A stretch of 63,332 nucleotides of DNA, counting the filler, from Octopus bimaculoides (lineage: Eukaryota): the NCBI RefSeq assembly GCF_001194135.2. It is 6 parts of 5 records of this genome, joined end to end, with 100 filler letters (N's around TTAATTAATTAA, not from the genome) between each part and the next. Parts side by side here need not be neighbours in the genome. Positions count along the whole stretch, not along the records: positions 20,614 to 37,278 come from NC_068991.1; positions 37,379 to 45,272 come from NC_068991.1; 4 more parts are not named here. One strand, 5' to 3'. The notes beneath the pieces were generated by a model that worked only from the letters and a program-made list of their open reading frames with translations, was not told the DNA's origin and did no database searches. Shown here in pieces: positions 26,090 through 42,096 of this stretch. The position numbers were made by a program, and so were the translations under genes. The first letter of the stretch is position 1. Each line of letters starts with the position of its first letter.

Positions 26090-26633
26090 TGTNNNNNNNN
26101 NNNNNNNNNNNNNNNNNNNNNNNNNNNNNNNNNNNNNNNNNNNNNNNNNNNNNNNNNNNNNNNNNNNNNNNNNNNNNNNNNNNNNNNNNNNNNNNNNNNN
26201 NNNNNNNNNNNNNNNNNNNNNNNNNNNNNNNNNNNNNNNNNNNNNNNNNNNNNNNNNNNNNNNNNNNNNNNNNNNNNNNNNNNNNNNNNNNNNNNNNNNN
26301 NNNNNNNNNNNNNNNNNNNNNNNNNNNNNNNNNNNNNNNNNNNNNNNNNNNNNNNNNNNNNNNNNNNNNNNNNNNNNNNNNNNNNNNNNNNNNNNNNNNN
26401 NNNNNNNNNNNNNNNNNNNNNNNNNNNNNNNNNNNNNNNNNNNNNNNNNNNNNNNNNNNNNNNNNNNNNNNNNNNNNNNNNNNNNNNNNNNNNNNNNNNN
26501 NNNNNNNNNNNNNNNNNNNNNNNNNNNNNNNNNNNNNNNNNNNNNNNNNNNNNNNNNNNNNNNNNNNNNNNNNNNNNNNNNNNNNNNNNNNNNNNNNNNN
26601 NNNNNNNNNNNNNNNNNNNNNNNNNNNNNNNNN

Positions 26634-26659
<26 letters not shown>

Positions 26660-26667
<8 letters not shown>

Positions 26668-27107
26668 GAGTGAGAGAGCAGGGCATGCCATCAAAGTGAC
26701 ACTGGGGTAAAATATACGACGCCCATTATACCCATCATGACTACCCGTCTGATAAGGGTACACCAGGCACATGCATCACAACAATATGTGCGTGACATGG
26801 TGATCTCATATCCGATAAACAGCGCATGACCTCGCAGGTAGGGCCCAGTTAGAATTTTCTTCAGGTCGAGTAGCCCATCCCGCTCAAAAGGTCTTTGAAT
26901 AAGGTTTGTTTTAAGGATGATGAACAAAACAGCTATGTTTCCAGAGGTGACTTATTCAAAACCCCAAAGAACTCCTCTCAACACATGACTATGAAGCTCC
27001 CCCATTACTTCTGCTCGTGATCAGAGACGCACATATCGTCAGCTACTAAGGGACATGCTCAACTGGTTACGGTCAGACAACTTACAAGCAAATCTTTGGT
27101 ATTGAGC
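26660..27107 (-). mobile_element. Unclassified non-coding interspersed repeat embedded in (TAA)n; partial copies at about 12075-12225 and 53455-53600
   Basis: Three copies share CTTCTGCTC(G/A)TGATCAGAGA..CACATA..GCCACTAAG.GACATGCTCAA.TGGTTA.GGTC. This copy is flanked on both sides by TAT/ATT repeats. Confidence 0.65.
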
Positions 27108-27314
27108 ATTATTATTATCATTATTATCATCATTATTATTATTATTCAAAGCAGAATCACTTGGTTACATGCACTTAAAATTTCGCAGACTTCTTACAGA
27201 AACCTGTGAAGGTTTAAGTCGCATGGAACCAAATCAAAGTTTTAAATAATAACTCCTATTAAATGGCTTTCGTTTGTCCCCTTACTGGTACACACACACA
27301 CACACACACAAGAA

Positions 27315-27367
<53 letters not shown>

Positions 27368-27524
27368 GAGACGTACATACATAAAAGAACCCTGAGAACT
27401 TAGCAGGAACGAAAACAGTCCTGTTGTTGTAAACCACATGCCCAATGGATGGCAATAGTGCTTAAAATCGGAATTGAGTTTCACAAGCAGAAGACTGTTT
27501 TGTCAGTAGTAATACATATATGCG

Positions 27525-27582
27525 TAGATAAATTTGTATGTATGTGATTGATTGATTGATTGATTTGTTAGTTGACTGATTA

Positions 27583-27660
<78 letters not shown>

Positions 27661-27679
27661 GGGTAGGTAGGTAGGTAGG

Positions 27680-27737
<58 letters not shown>

Positions 27738-27752
27738 GATAGATAGATAGAC

Positions 27753-27802
<50 letters not shown>
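27525..27802. repeat. Compound (GATT)n/(GATA)n/(GGTA)n microsatellite
   Basis: Directly visible. Many other (CA)n, (TA)n, (ATT)n and (ATC)n tracts occur throughout (e.g. 3060-3760, 8839-8965, 28554-28648, 47383-47494). Confidence 0.95.
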
Positions 27803-27803
<1 letters not shown>

Positions 27804-27819
27804 GTATGCGTGTGAGCGT

Positions 27820-30240
<2,421 letters not shown>

Positions 30241-30755
30241 TTTTAGATACAGACAAATACACATGCATATACATATATCTGCATGTATAAATATGTACAT
30301 ATATATGCAATTAAATTTTTAGGCACGACACGTAAAAGCTCACAATAAAACACTTGCACAATGAAGCCCACCAGAATTGAAGATACGTACTTCAAATTTT
30401 GGTAAGTCCCGTTAATTCCCTTTTTGGTTCTCCTTTAACTTCAATTATCGTTCGTAATTTAAACAACATAGAACAAGTTTGGGATTTTTCTCCTTGTTGA
30501 ATTATTTACGGAAAATCAATGAGACACAGAAAATTGGAGGAAATTGCAACGTCAACACATAAGATCGTACAGGTAACTTCTGTATCACTGCTAGACCTGC
30601 TAGAAATAGCAACCGAATTTCTGCTAAATAATACACTGCCGTCTTAACTCTGTATAATCTTAAGTTTAGATTAAATATCTTGGAAAAAAAAAAAGGTTTG
30701 ATGATCAGTCTGCTTCATCAGGGCTGATTTGAGTTTCAACAACAACAACAACAAT

Positions 30756-30794
<39 letters not shown>

Positions 30795-31083
30795 AGGCCT
30801 AACGTTTTGATGTACTCTCTTTTTTTGTCTTTAATCATTTGTATTTTTTTAAACATTTAACAAAAGTAACAATGAAACGAAATATGAGAAGGAAATCGAA
30901 GCGAGAAAGCAAGAAGTGTAAACCGACAAGGCAGAATTTGAAATAATTACGTGGTTCAGTAAACTTCATGGAGTTGGTGCCGGCTTAACCAAACTTGAAG
31001 TCATACGTNNNNNNNNNNNNNNNNNNNNNNNNNNNNNNNNNNNNNNNNNNNNNNNNNNNNNNNNNNNNNNNNNNNNNNNNNNN

Positions 31084-31134
<51 letters not shown>

Positions 31135-34095
31135 TATATATGAGAAAGAGAGAAATGAGAGAGAAACTTACAGCAACGCCTAGATATTACTCAATTGCAG
31201 AAACTAGAAGCAAATATAGAATAAAGCTCAAAAAATTCTGGAAAAGCATTTTACTATAGTTTCTTCTTTGGCACCATCTGAAATATCATTTCTGATGATT
31301 AAAAACAAGAAACTAAAGTAAAACTATTGTATTCCTATATTCTTGGCTTTGCCCAGCTTTCTCTCTCTTTCTATGAGTGTGTATTCGTGCATGTTGGGGT
31401 GTGTGGGTGTATGTGGGCACAGGTACGTGTAAGTATAAGATACAAAAATTTGAGTTATTTTCATTTTGGGATAAATCTAAGTGTGAACGTAAATCCTCGT
31501 GTTATAAAGAAATAAATCAAAGGAACATACAGCAAATTACAACAACAAATAATAATATATATGATAGCGAAAAATGCCTACAGGTGAGGAACGAAATAGG
31601 GAAATAATAGAAATGGGGCAAAAAGCGAAATGGTGCATAGCAAAAAGTTGAACTGGGAAAGTGATGCAGCCGCAGTAATGAATGAATAACGAGTGTATGA
31701 ATATAACAGGGTTTATATACAAGAAACTATAAGCAGCAGTGAATTATTTATGTGTATGATCGTGTGCGTGGACACATATACACACTTATACATACAAATG
31801 CTCATACATATATGCAAAACACAGCGTGTACGGGCTTTCCATGTACAAGCCTATCCAACAAGATGGGAGTTTTTCACACTAAACCTTCTTTGTTGCACAC
31901 ATATAGAGACACTTGTACACAAACACGCCCTACCCCATACAAATATGCAGACAGTAAAATACCTTGTACATTGTCTGATGATGTTGAAGGTAAAACGGCA
32001 TTGATGTAAAGCAAAAAGTTTAAGAAAAAGAAAGAAAACAAAAAGCAATTAAAATATGCAAGAATAGATAACAGAAAAGAAGTAAAAATTAGATCACGAA
32101 CAACAGTTACAACAATAATCGCAATAACAACATGATGCCACGTCTATCAAAAAGAGCAGGTCTAGACATGTAACTAAATGAAATTACGTTCCCTACCTTC
32201 ATAACAACAACTAGAACAGCAACAACAATTACAACAACTACGGCTATTACAATATGATTCGTAAAAACAGCAATAATAATAATAATAATAATGATAATCC
32301 TTTCTACTATAGGCACAAGGCCTGAGATTTGGGGGAGGGGGTAAGTCGATCACATCGATCTCAGTACTTGACTGGTACTTAATTTATCGGCCTCGGAAAT
32401 CATGAAAGGCAAATTCGACCTCGGCGGAATTTGAACTCAGAACACGAAGACAGATGAAATGCTGCTAAGCATTTCGCCCAGCATGCTAACGATTTTGTTA
32501 GCTCTCTGCTTTAACAATAATAGTAATAATAATATTGATGCGTTTCGCTCAAATGACGCACAAATTCAATTGCTATTATTACAATATTACTGGTATCTTT
32601 TCCTGTGAGAGGGAGGCCTGCAGTCTATTTTTGTGTGAATTGAACTCAAAAATAGGATGGACACGACACTTCAAATATCACAAAACAGATCCAGCATATA
32701 TCTACCGATTCTAAAATTACAACTTGGTTGGTCGACCTGCTATGTAGAAACGGCACACAGATCTCTCTCAAACTACACATTGGATAATGTTATTGGGACA
32801 CACTATGATAGAAGCTACATCAGTACAGTTATGGTTGAAAAATGGATAAATAACAAAAAATAGCAACATAACGGAGAACTTGTCTATTAGCATTAGTGTA
32901 TGTCTGTATAGGGATACTTGTGTTTGCACGTCTGACGTCTTGTGCTTGTGATTATAGGGCTGATGTTTCCATGAAACAATAATTATATCATTTAATTCGG
33001 CTGATTCTGACTATCATGTTGAACTTTGACTACCGCGCTTAAACTAAATATTCTATGGGCTTTTAAAGAAACTAAACATTACATATCCGCACCAAATCCA
33101 ACCAATCACTGAATTCCATCAAATATGAAACAATAAGTATCAACACGTAGATAGGTGTATTGTTCCTCACCGAGTTAGGTTCAACAGTGCTGTAGATTAT
33201 CACACTAAACTACTACCTTATAGCCGTAAACAAGACAATGATATTACACAGCCAGTCAATCTAGAGAGTTCCTCTAAAAGCACTAGGAACAGAAATGTTC
33301 AATGTTGTGACCAACTGTATAACATTACTGTCAAAATTAGTGTCTTACAATATTCCCCTCTCACTAATCAGGAAACATTTCTAAAACAGCCATAAATTCT
33401 GCAAGTAGTTAAAAGGGAAATAGAAATAAAGAGAGCTGTATGAAATATGTATATAAAGAATAGGTAATGCCATAAAGAATCACAATTTAAAAATGTTGCG
33501 ACCAAATGTAGAACAAACAGAACTGTAGAACAAACAGAACTGACATGCAGTGGGAAAAAATCCAGAGATTTGTCCTCCGAAGAGTAAATGCTCAGAGAAA
33601 TGCATTATAATGCCAAATTGATTTCTTCACGCGCACAAATCAACAAGCTATATAGAGATTATACAGAATTCCTCTACTCCGAGAGAATCTAGCACTAACA
33701 GAACTGCTTCCTCTACTTCGAAAACAGCACAAATTTCAAACCACAGTTGAAAATCAAGAGAAGAAGGTGACACGGTATTTCGTGCACAGTGTTAGATAAG
33801 ATACAAGAATTTAAGAACTGGAAAATGTCACACAATTTCTACCTTTCTCGAAATTTTAAATAATCCTGCATATTAAAAGAAAAGAACGAATTAATCTCGC
33901 CTATAGGTGCTCAGAATTGCAAGCAAAATTCTACATACATGACAGACCACAACCGACGATCGACACATGATATAACCGTCTAGCCTACTCGCGTGTAAAT
34001 TCAATCGAAGACCCAACCGTATGAAACCGTGGTTTGGCATATAATAATCCCGGTTTCTGCAACGTATACAAAAATTACTTTTGGCTCGTCAAACA

Positions 34096-34245
34096 TCTTC
34101 TTCTTCTTCTTCTTCTTCTTCTTCTTCTTCTTCTTCTTCTTCTTCTTCTTCTTCTTCTTCTTCTTCTTCTTCTTCTTCTTCTTCTTCTTCTTCTTCTTCT
34201 TCTTCTTCTTCTTCTTCTTCTTCTTCTTCTTCTTCTTCTTCTTCT
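34096..34245. repeat. Pure (TTC)n/(GAA)n microsatellite, about 50 units
   Basis: Directly visible. It generates the poly-K/R/E/F/L ORFs at 34001-34394. Confidence 0.97.
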
Positions 34246-34866
34246 TTTTCTTGAAACTGCCCAGAAGCTTCTCTCCATTTTCCAATAACCACACCACCAA
34301 CAACGCCACCACCACCACCACCACCATTACTACTACAACTATGTCTGCGACTTGCTGCTGCTGTTGTCTCTTAAAGCATCCTCTTCGTAAATAAATAAAG
34401 ACCGAAATAACAAGATGTATATGCTACTTGTTCTCTCCACCAAACTCTATCTGAAACTCTCTTTTCGCGCATGAATTCCCATTGCACCAGCGCAACTGAA
34501 GCATAAATATCAGTTACCAAAATCACGTTACACCCTTTCTCTACAGAAGTTGGCTGGTCTTTATATGCTTATAGGCATAAACACCCAACAAAAATACACG
34601 CTCAACACACATCACACGTACATACACACGCACACATGCATAGAACACATCACACACTTCCTTTTTCTTCAACAGTATATTAAAAGCCAATACAATCTTC
34701 TACTTTATCTAGAGATTGCCCAATGTAAAACATTCGGTTCCCTCAGCACCCACAGTCACTAACCCCTCTCCATCCCCCACCCATCAAGTGACCTACAACT
34801 AATCACCATCCTTCAAAGGAAATATTCATAGCTCTCTGCCTTTCTCTCTCTCTCTCTTTCTATATA

Positions 34867-34897
<31 letters not shown>

Positions 34898-35392
34898 NNN
34901 NNNNNNNNNNNNNNNNNNNNNNNNNNNNNNNNNNNNNNNNNNNNNNNNNNNNNNNNNNNNNNNNNNNNNNNNNNNNNNNNNNNNNNNNNNNNNNNNNNNN
35001 NNNNNNNNNNNNNNNNNNNNNNNNNNNNNNNNNNNNNNNNNNNNNNNNNNNNNNNNNNNNNNNNNNNNNNNNNNNNNNNNNNNNNNNNNNNNNNNNNNNN
35101 NNNNNNNNNNNNNNNNNNNNNNNNNNNNNNNNNNNNNNNNNNNNNNNNNNNNNNNNNNNNNNNNNNNNNNNNNNNNNNNNNNNNNNNNNNNNNNNNNNNN
35201 NNNNNNNNNNNNNNNNNNNNNNNNNNNNNNNNNNNNNNNNNNNNNNNNNNNNNNNNNNNNNNNNNNNNNNNNNNNNNNNNNNNNNNNNNNNNNNNNNNNN
35301 NNNNNNNNNNNNNNNNNNNNNNNNNNNNNNNNNNNNNNNNNNNNNNNNNNNNNNNNNNNNNNNNNNNNNNNNNNNNNNNNNNNNNNNNNNNN

Positions 35393-35426
<34 letters not shown>

Positions 35427-37020
35427 ATATGAGCATATGCATGTATACATACATATATGTACATACCTACGTCTACATGTATATATAGATGCATATCCGG
35501 ATACAGGACGTCAAAAAGCGTGGACAAAAAAGGAACGGGAATATAAACAAAGCACAAAAAAACGGACGTCTTTTTACGGACAACAGAATGAACACATAGG
35601 AAAATAGACAAGCCACTTATGGAACTTTTCCTTCATCAGCTGCCTCTATTCTAAACTAGGCGTTTCGAAGATGATGTGTGTGTGTGTTTGTGTATGTGGG
35701 TGTGTATGTGTATGTGTGTATGTGTGTGTGTGATGGACTATGCTGTCAAAAACGACGTATAAGCGTTCAGCTTTTGGTGAACGACCCACACAAATGATTT
35801 GTTTATAGTGATCAAATCTTAGTCCCGCATATTACCGCACTCTCTCCATTAAATCGACCTTGTCTGAACAGGTGCACCGTGTACCACGCATCAGCTGTCG
35901 AAGTGACTGCAGAGAACATAACGCACTACTCGGTCTAGGAATTGAAATCACAAACTAGCCATTGTGGGTGTAACACTAACCACTAAGACATGCGTCGTGT
36001 GTGTGTGTGTGTGTGCGCCCGCACATACATGCATATACACGCACATATATCCTTTCGCAAACACCAACACGCACACACACAAACACACACATTCATATAA
36101 TGAATAAACATAGAGATTGAATATATATAGGCGAATACCTTAGAAAGCACAGCGTATCAAAAAATTGTATATATATATATATATATATATATTCTCGTTT
36201 CATCAATTTTTATCTTTTTTCTTTCCCCCCATTAAACTTTGTTCCTATTTTCGGAGAAGTTCCTTACAGTTTGTTTGGAGCAGTAAAGTCTCTTCTGAAT
36301 TCAATAGCTGGTGCTGAGTGTTACTTCATTCTGTTTTGTGAGGAGGTCAATGGGATTGCAATCGTTATAACATAAATATTATATACTGCTTGTTCTAAAG
36401 GTATGAGGTGAAGGTTTTGTAAAGCATATTTTTATCGCATTTTTAGGGGAAGCACATTTCTTTGAGATTTTTTATGGGGTGCCGAGACCTGATCTAATTC
36501 ATTGCAACAGTATATTTTCCATTAAAACGACTAAGGGATGAGAGGAAATGTTAAACCGAATGACTGATTAAACGGGCTCTATCACCAAAAGGCCTTGATC
36601 AATACGAGGCTATGATATAAGACCATTACCCAAGTTACTGCTCAGTGGAATTGAACCCGATACTACGACACAGTTTGGAGCCACGCCTGTAGAAGACAAA
36701 TACAATCAAAACGAGTAATCGATGCAAGCATTTATGTGGTCACACAACATACTAGATATAGCAGCCTTATCTCGCGGAAAAAACTATCAGAGTAGGAAAG
36801 AGTCTCTGGGTAAAGACCTCGATAAAATATTTCTACAGGTAACATAGGAGTCACCACTACAGACGCGCTTCAGGATAGAAATGATGGTTGCTAAATTAGT
36901 GCGCGCCTGGAGTCTAACACAACCACCACCACCAATAACAGCTCCTACTAAAGCAGTAGATTGAGTGGCATACACACACACACACACACACACAACACAC
37001 AGAGCACTAGAGTTTCCCAG

Positions 37021-37052
<32 letters not shown>

Positions 37053-37525
37053 TACCAAAAATATGTATCTGTGACAACGGTGAAAGCCAGTCGATGCAAG
37101 GACACGCCTCTGAATAAAACATGTCTGTTAGCTGTGGGTGAATGGAGCCTATCAGTGATGACCTTCACACCCTCACTTATCTGTTCCCATATCCGCAACT
37201 AAACCAGACAATTGTTAAGACACGCGCGCGCGTGCACACATTGTGACATATTTCAAAAGGATATATACATATATATATNNNNNNNNNNNNNNNNNNNNNN
37301 NNNNNNNNNNNNNNNNNNNNNNTTAATTAATTAANNNNNNNNNNNNNNNNNNNNNNNNNNNNNNNNNNNNNNNNNNNNTTGCTCTCAGGTATTCAAAATA
37401 GATTATTGATCAGCTAACATATAAGTTCAATAAAGTTCTCATAAGAATAAGAAATTCGATGAACATTCCGTTGGATAATTCTGAATTCTTTAACCATATA
37501 GGTTTCCTGGAGTGTAGATTCTGAC

Positions 37526-38653
37526 AATATTAAAAGTAAGGATTACTCCGAAGTAGCAATAGCATTACCCTTAATTCTATAATTATATACTGCCTTTTAA
37601 GACCAACACGTTTCAATTACACTGATTAGCATTCGTTGCAATTGCTACCCAACTATAAAACGGTGCAATCTCTTCAGGGTCTTAACTTGATATCCCTCGG
37701 TATGGCCGTTTAATGATTTTCCTTTATAAACCTTGCGTTGTATAATGTAAAGTTGTCCGTTAAGTCAGACTCGGAATTCTCTAGCAAGTTCTTGGATAAT
37801 CATTTTCAGTCCATCATTTCAAAACCTTTCATAGATTAAATAGTGATTACTCATTTATATTTGGCAAATGTAAATTTCCTCATGTGTAACCATTTCAATA
37901 CTTGCTTCTGTCTAGAACTTATTACATAACTTATTACATTACACTTGGCTGTGAAAATCCTGTAAACAAATTCCAAACAAAAGTCACATCTATTGGTTCC
38001 AGGTCTGTATTGTTTTGCAGTACAAATTAATTCTCATGTAATCGTATAGTCCTTTTTACTGTCCTTGAAAGTCCAGATTAATTTGCTAAGACTCGTTTGG
38101 AAGTTTTATTTTTCTCCTTAAATGAACTCAAAAATGATTTCCTCTTGAAAATTAATGATGTCCCACTGATGTATAGAATCTTCTTACCCTCAGATGTAAC
38201 TATATAGAATTTTACAGGATTTTCATATCCAAGGGTAATGTAATAAATTCTAGACAAGAGTAAGCATTGATATGCTTGCACATGAGGAAATTTACACTTG
38301 CCAAATGTAAATGAGTAATTATCATTTAATCTATGCAAGGCTTTGAAATAATGGACTAAAAATGATTATCCAATAAAAACTTGAAACAGAGATTGTTGGC
38401 GTCTGACTTAACGGACAACTCTACATCCAACGCAGAGTTTATAAAAGAAAATTATTAAACAGCCACATTGAGGGATATCAAGTAGCAAATATTCGAATGT
38501 TTTGTAGTAGGGTTGCAATTGCAACGATTACTAATCGGTGCAACTGAAACATGTGTTGGTCTTAAAAGGCAGTATATAATTTTAGAATTAAAGGTAATGC
38601 TGTTGCTACTTAATCCTTAATCCTAAAGTTAAGTAATCCTTAACTTTAATATT
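37526..38653. repeat. Long inverted repeat (arms about 37526-37973 and 38207-38653, spacer about 230 bp)
   Basis: Arms are colinear reverse complements, e.g. ATTATATACTGCCTTTTAAGACCAACAC / GTGTTGGTCTTAAAAGGCAGTATATAAT and AGTTGTCCGTTAAGTCAGAC / GTCTGACTTAACGGACAACT. Roughly 80% identical by eye. Confidence 0.9.
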
Positions 38654-39329
38654 ATCTCTATATGTGTGTGTGTGAGTGTGTGCACGTGAACGTGCTTGTG
38701 TGCATGTGTGCGTGCGTGTGTGTGTTTATTTATTTATTTAAATTTTTAGATTCTGTAATCTAAAACCTGAAAGGGACGTCTTTCTGTTAGGGGCTTGCGA
38801 AGCTTTAAGTCCCATGGAACCAAACCGAATATTACATTAGTTAGGAACATGATAGAGTACAGTATAAAGCTCGTTCACCTTCAGAATTACCCAGTACCAT
38901 CGGCAGTATTATTATATACTTCCAAGTTTAAGCTTAAACATTCATCGTGTGTGAATATAAAATTGAAGAAATTGGAGTCAAGAAGGAGTACGGTCGGACA
39001 TTTATTTATCATTCGCTACAATTGTTTCGACGCAACGTAATCCTCCAAGTATACAGGTATTTGATTATGCAACTATTTATTTGCATAATAAGATCTAGTT
39101 GTGTTTCCTCGGGTGATATATGAGTGTTGTCTCCGTTAGTTTAAAATTGTCGACTTCAAGGCCATCTTTTCTGTTCGTCGTACTTTGAATTTAGTAGCGG
39201 CTGATAGAGACATGGTATTTGCCGCGAGAGCAAGTTTGTCGGACTGCTATGAATGGTAGTAGATGGTACTGGCTGGCATTTAAATGGGATTAGTTATCTA
39301 TTTGTATCTCTGGTCTGTTCTACAGACAT

Positions 39330-39374
<45 letters not shown>

Positions 39375-39409
39375 GTGTGTGTGTAATGGTTGTATAAAGT
39401 ACTACTTAC

Positions 39410-39612
39410 AAATAATCCACAGGAAAATATACGGAGACGACAGCAGTAAATAGAAGTAACGTGTTCCAACTGAAATCTTTTAACATGTAGGCTATTAAAC
39501 CTAAGGAGGAATTATGAGCAGCCCAGATAATCATAAATGTACAAGACATAATAATTCGTCTTTCTTTCGGGTATAATTCACAAGCCAAAGTGAAAGAACT
39601 TAGAAGAAATGC
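39410..39612 (-). CDS. SLC22-like MFS transporter exon 3
   Basis: ttttcAG acceptor and GTAAGT donor. 203 nt, AFLLSSFTLACELYPKERRIIMSCTFMIIWAAHNSSLGLIAYMLKDFSWNTLLLFTAVVSVYFPVDY plus 2 nt, with the E..P..R and W..L motifs. In phase with exon 2. Confidence 0.88.
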
Positions 39613-39769
39613 CTGAAAATAAAGAAGAAAGTAAAAACAAATGCACGTCAATGGTGAAGAGAGAAAATATTGCGGATATATCTAAAACTGGAAGTCTCAA
39701 GAGGACTGAAATGATAAACGTGAAATATTATTTCATAGAATTTACGGTGTTTGTTTAATTATCAAGGAG

Positions 39770-40083
39770 CACTCGACGACGACGAGGGTCCCAGCTGATA
39801 CAATCAACGGAACAGCCTGCTCGTGAAATTAACATGCAAGTGACTGAGCAATCCACAAACACGTGTACCCCTAACGTAGTTCTCAGGGAGATTCAGCGTG
39901 ACACAGAGTGTGACAAGGCCGGCCCTTTGAAATACAGGTACTACTCATTTTTGCCAGCTGAGTGGACTGGAGCAACGTGAAATAAAGTGTCTTGCTGAAG
40001 GATACAACGCGTCGCCGGGAATTGAACTTACGACCTTACAATCGCGAGTCGAATGCCCTAACCACTAAGCCACACGCCTTCAC
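39770..40083 (-). mobile_element. tRNA-headed SINE (related copy about 35740-36000)
   Basis: On minus it starts GAAGGCGTGTGGCTTAGTGGTTAGGGCATTCGACTCGCGATTGTAAGGTCGTAAGTTCAATTCC (A and B boxes). Body shares CACTTTATTTCACGTTGCTCCAGTCCACTCAGCTG with the 5043 family. Confidence 0.75.
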
Positions 40084-41319
40084 TATTTAATTATCAATAT
40101 ATTGTATTTTGACAGTTCTTGTTGGTAGAGCTTTACACTTCAAGTGGTAGGCAGGAGTACGTATGTCTCAGGGAAACTGCACTGTATGTATCGACAAGGC
40201 AATCATTTACTATGTTATCTGTCTATCTCGTACCACAGAGTATGTTTCATTTGTTGCTGTAAGCGAGGTACCACAACATTTTCATAATAGCATTTTATAA
40301 CGGAGAAGGAATGAAATATATAAAGCTAACTCTCTGAACTAATACCGCTTTTACCTATACTACTGTTTGTAGAACTTGGAAAAGGTTTGGCTCTTCAAAG
40401 CTGACTTCTGCTTTATAGACTACTGTAAGAAATGTCCGAGGTCAGGGGTTTTCAAACTGTGGTCCACGGACCACAGGGGGTCCGTGGACAGCAAATACTT
40501 TTTATGGGCAATTTGATTTTATATATGTTTTTTAATTGAAATCTTTTAATTGACAATAAACCTATTTGTTAAATACTGTTAAATAAATAAATGTAAAAAT
40601 ATATGTTATTTTAAGCAAATATTTATGTATAAATTTCATAAGCGTTTATAAGGGGGTCCCTAAGGTAAAGCCTGAAATATAAAGGGGTCTGCAAGTCNNN
40701 NNNNNNNNNNNNNNNNNNNNNNNNNNNNNNNNNNNNNNNNNNNNNNNNNNNNNNNNNNNNNNNNNNNNNNNNNNNNNNNNNNNNNNNNNNNNNNNNNNNN
40801 NNNNNNNNNNNNNNNNNNNNNNNNNNNNNNNNNNNNNNNNNNNNNNNNNNNNNNNNNNNNNNNNNNNNNNNNNNNNNNNNNNNNNNNNNNNNNNNNNNNN
40901 NNNNNNNNNNNNNNNNNNNNNNNNNNNNNNNNNNNNNNNNNNNNNNNNNNNNNNNNNNNNNNNNNNNNNNNNNNNNNNNNNNNNNNNNNNNNNNNNNNNN
41001 NNNNNNNNNNNNNNNNNNNNNNNNNNNNNNNNNNNNNNNNNNNNNNNNNNNNNNNNNNNNNNNNNNNNNNNNNNNNNNNNNNNNNNNNNNNNNNNNNNNN
41101 NNNNNNNNNNNNNNNNNNNNNNNNNNNNNNNNNNNNNNNNNNNNNNNNNNNNNNNNNNNNNNNNNNNNNNNNNNNNNNNNNNNNNNNNNNNNNNNNNNNN
41201 NNNNNNNNNNNNNNNNNNNNNNNNNNNNNNNNNNNNNNNNNNNNNNNNNNNNNNNNNNNNNNNNNNNNNNNNNNNNNNNNNNNNNNNNNNNNNNNNNNNN
41301 NNNNNNNNNNNNNNNNNNN

Positions 41320-41660
41320 AGGTGCCCTGGGAATGACAGCGAAACGGCTGATTACTACCTAGCTCAGATACCAGGAAACCCCAAAATGGCTGAAGTTCAA
41401 AAGATAGTGCTCATGGGAACTGCCCATATCCTACGTAAAATACTGTCTGTGATCTCAAATTTTAAAACAAACACATAATTTTCTTATGGTTTCTTAAACA
41501 TTCACTAGAACAAAACTGTACAAATCCAAATATATGGTACCCATGCATAACACCTACATGAACTTCTAACTTGTTGTCTCTTGAGTTCTCTGGGTGAGAC
41601 TTGGATCCAACTTGTACAAATGCAAAGCAAAAGTCAAACATAAAATAATAATAATAATAA
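41320..41660 (+). mobile_element. R4/Dong-like non-LTR retrotransposon 3' end with (TAA)n tail
   Basis: Ends QIPGNPKMAEVQKIVLMGTAHILRKILSV-stop (compare LQKTALLGTARILR), followed by a 3' UTR ending AAAATAATAATAAT. Confidence 0.75.
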
Positions 41661-42096
41661 TAATGATAATAACAATAACAATAATAATAATTCTTTCTAT
41701 TATAGGCTTCAAATTTAGTGGGAAATAGGGATAGTCGATTACATCGGCCCCCATTGCTCAACTGGTACGCATGTCATCAATCTCGAAAGGAAAAGTTGGT
41801 CTCGGCGGAATGTGAACTCAGAACGTGAAGATGGACGAGATGCCGTTAAGCATTTTTCCCGGCGTGCTAACACTTCCGCCAACCCTCTGCCTTTCACACA
41901 GTTTGTAATATAAAGAAATAATGTAGAAGTATAATGATATTATACAAAGGATACACAACTTTTACATAATAGGTAAAGATAGATGACCATATATACTTGC
42001 CTCATGAAACTGAGGTTAAAGTTTATGTTGAATGTTAAAAATGAACGTTGTTTCATGTGTGAAGAAAATGACGCTGACGAAATATAAAAGCATTAC

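Noticed and set aside
32600-33900. Non-repetitive-looking stretch with a 68-aa ORF
   Set aside because: No recognisable motif in any frame I translated and frequent stops; possibly old element DNA but unsupported.
34001-34394. Poly-K/R/E/F/L ORFs
   Set aside because: All frames are open only because of the pure (TTC)n tract; flanking peptides are short and uninformative.
35600-35675. Minus-strand GAAAC...CTGATGA pair suggesting a hammerhead
   Set aside because: Only 23 nt and one hairpin lie between the motifs, so stems I and III cannot both form, and no GAAA follows CTGATGA.
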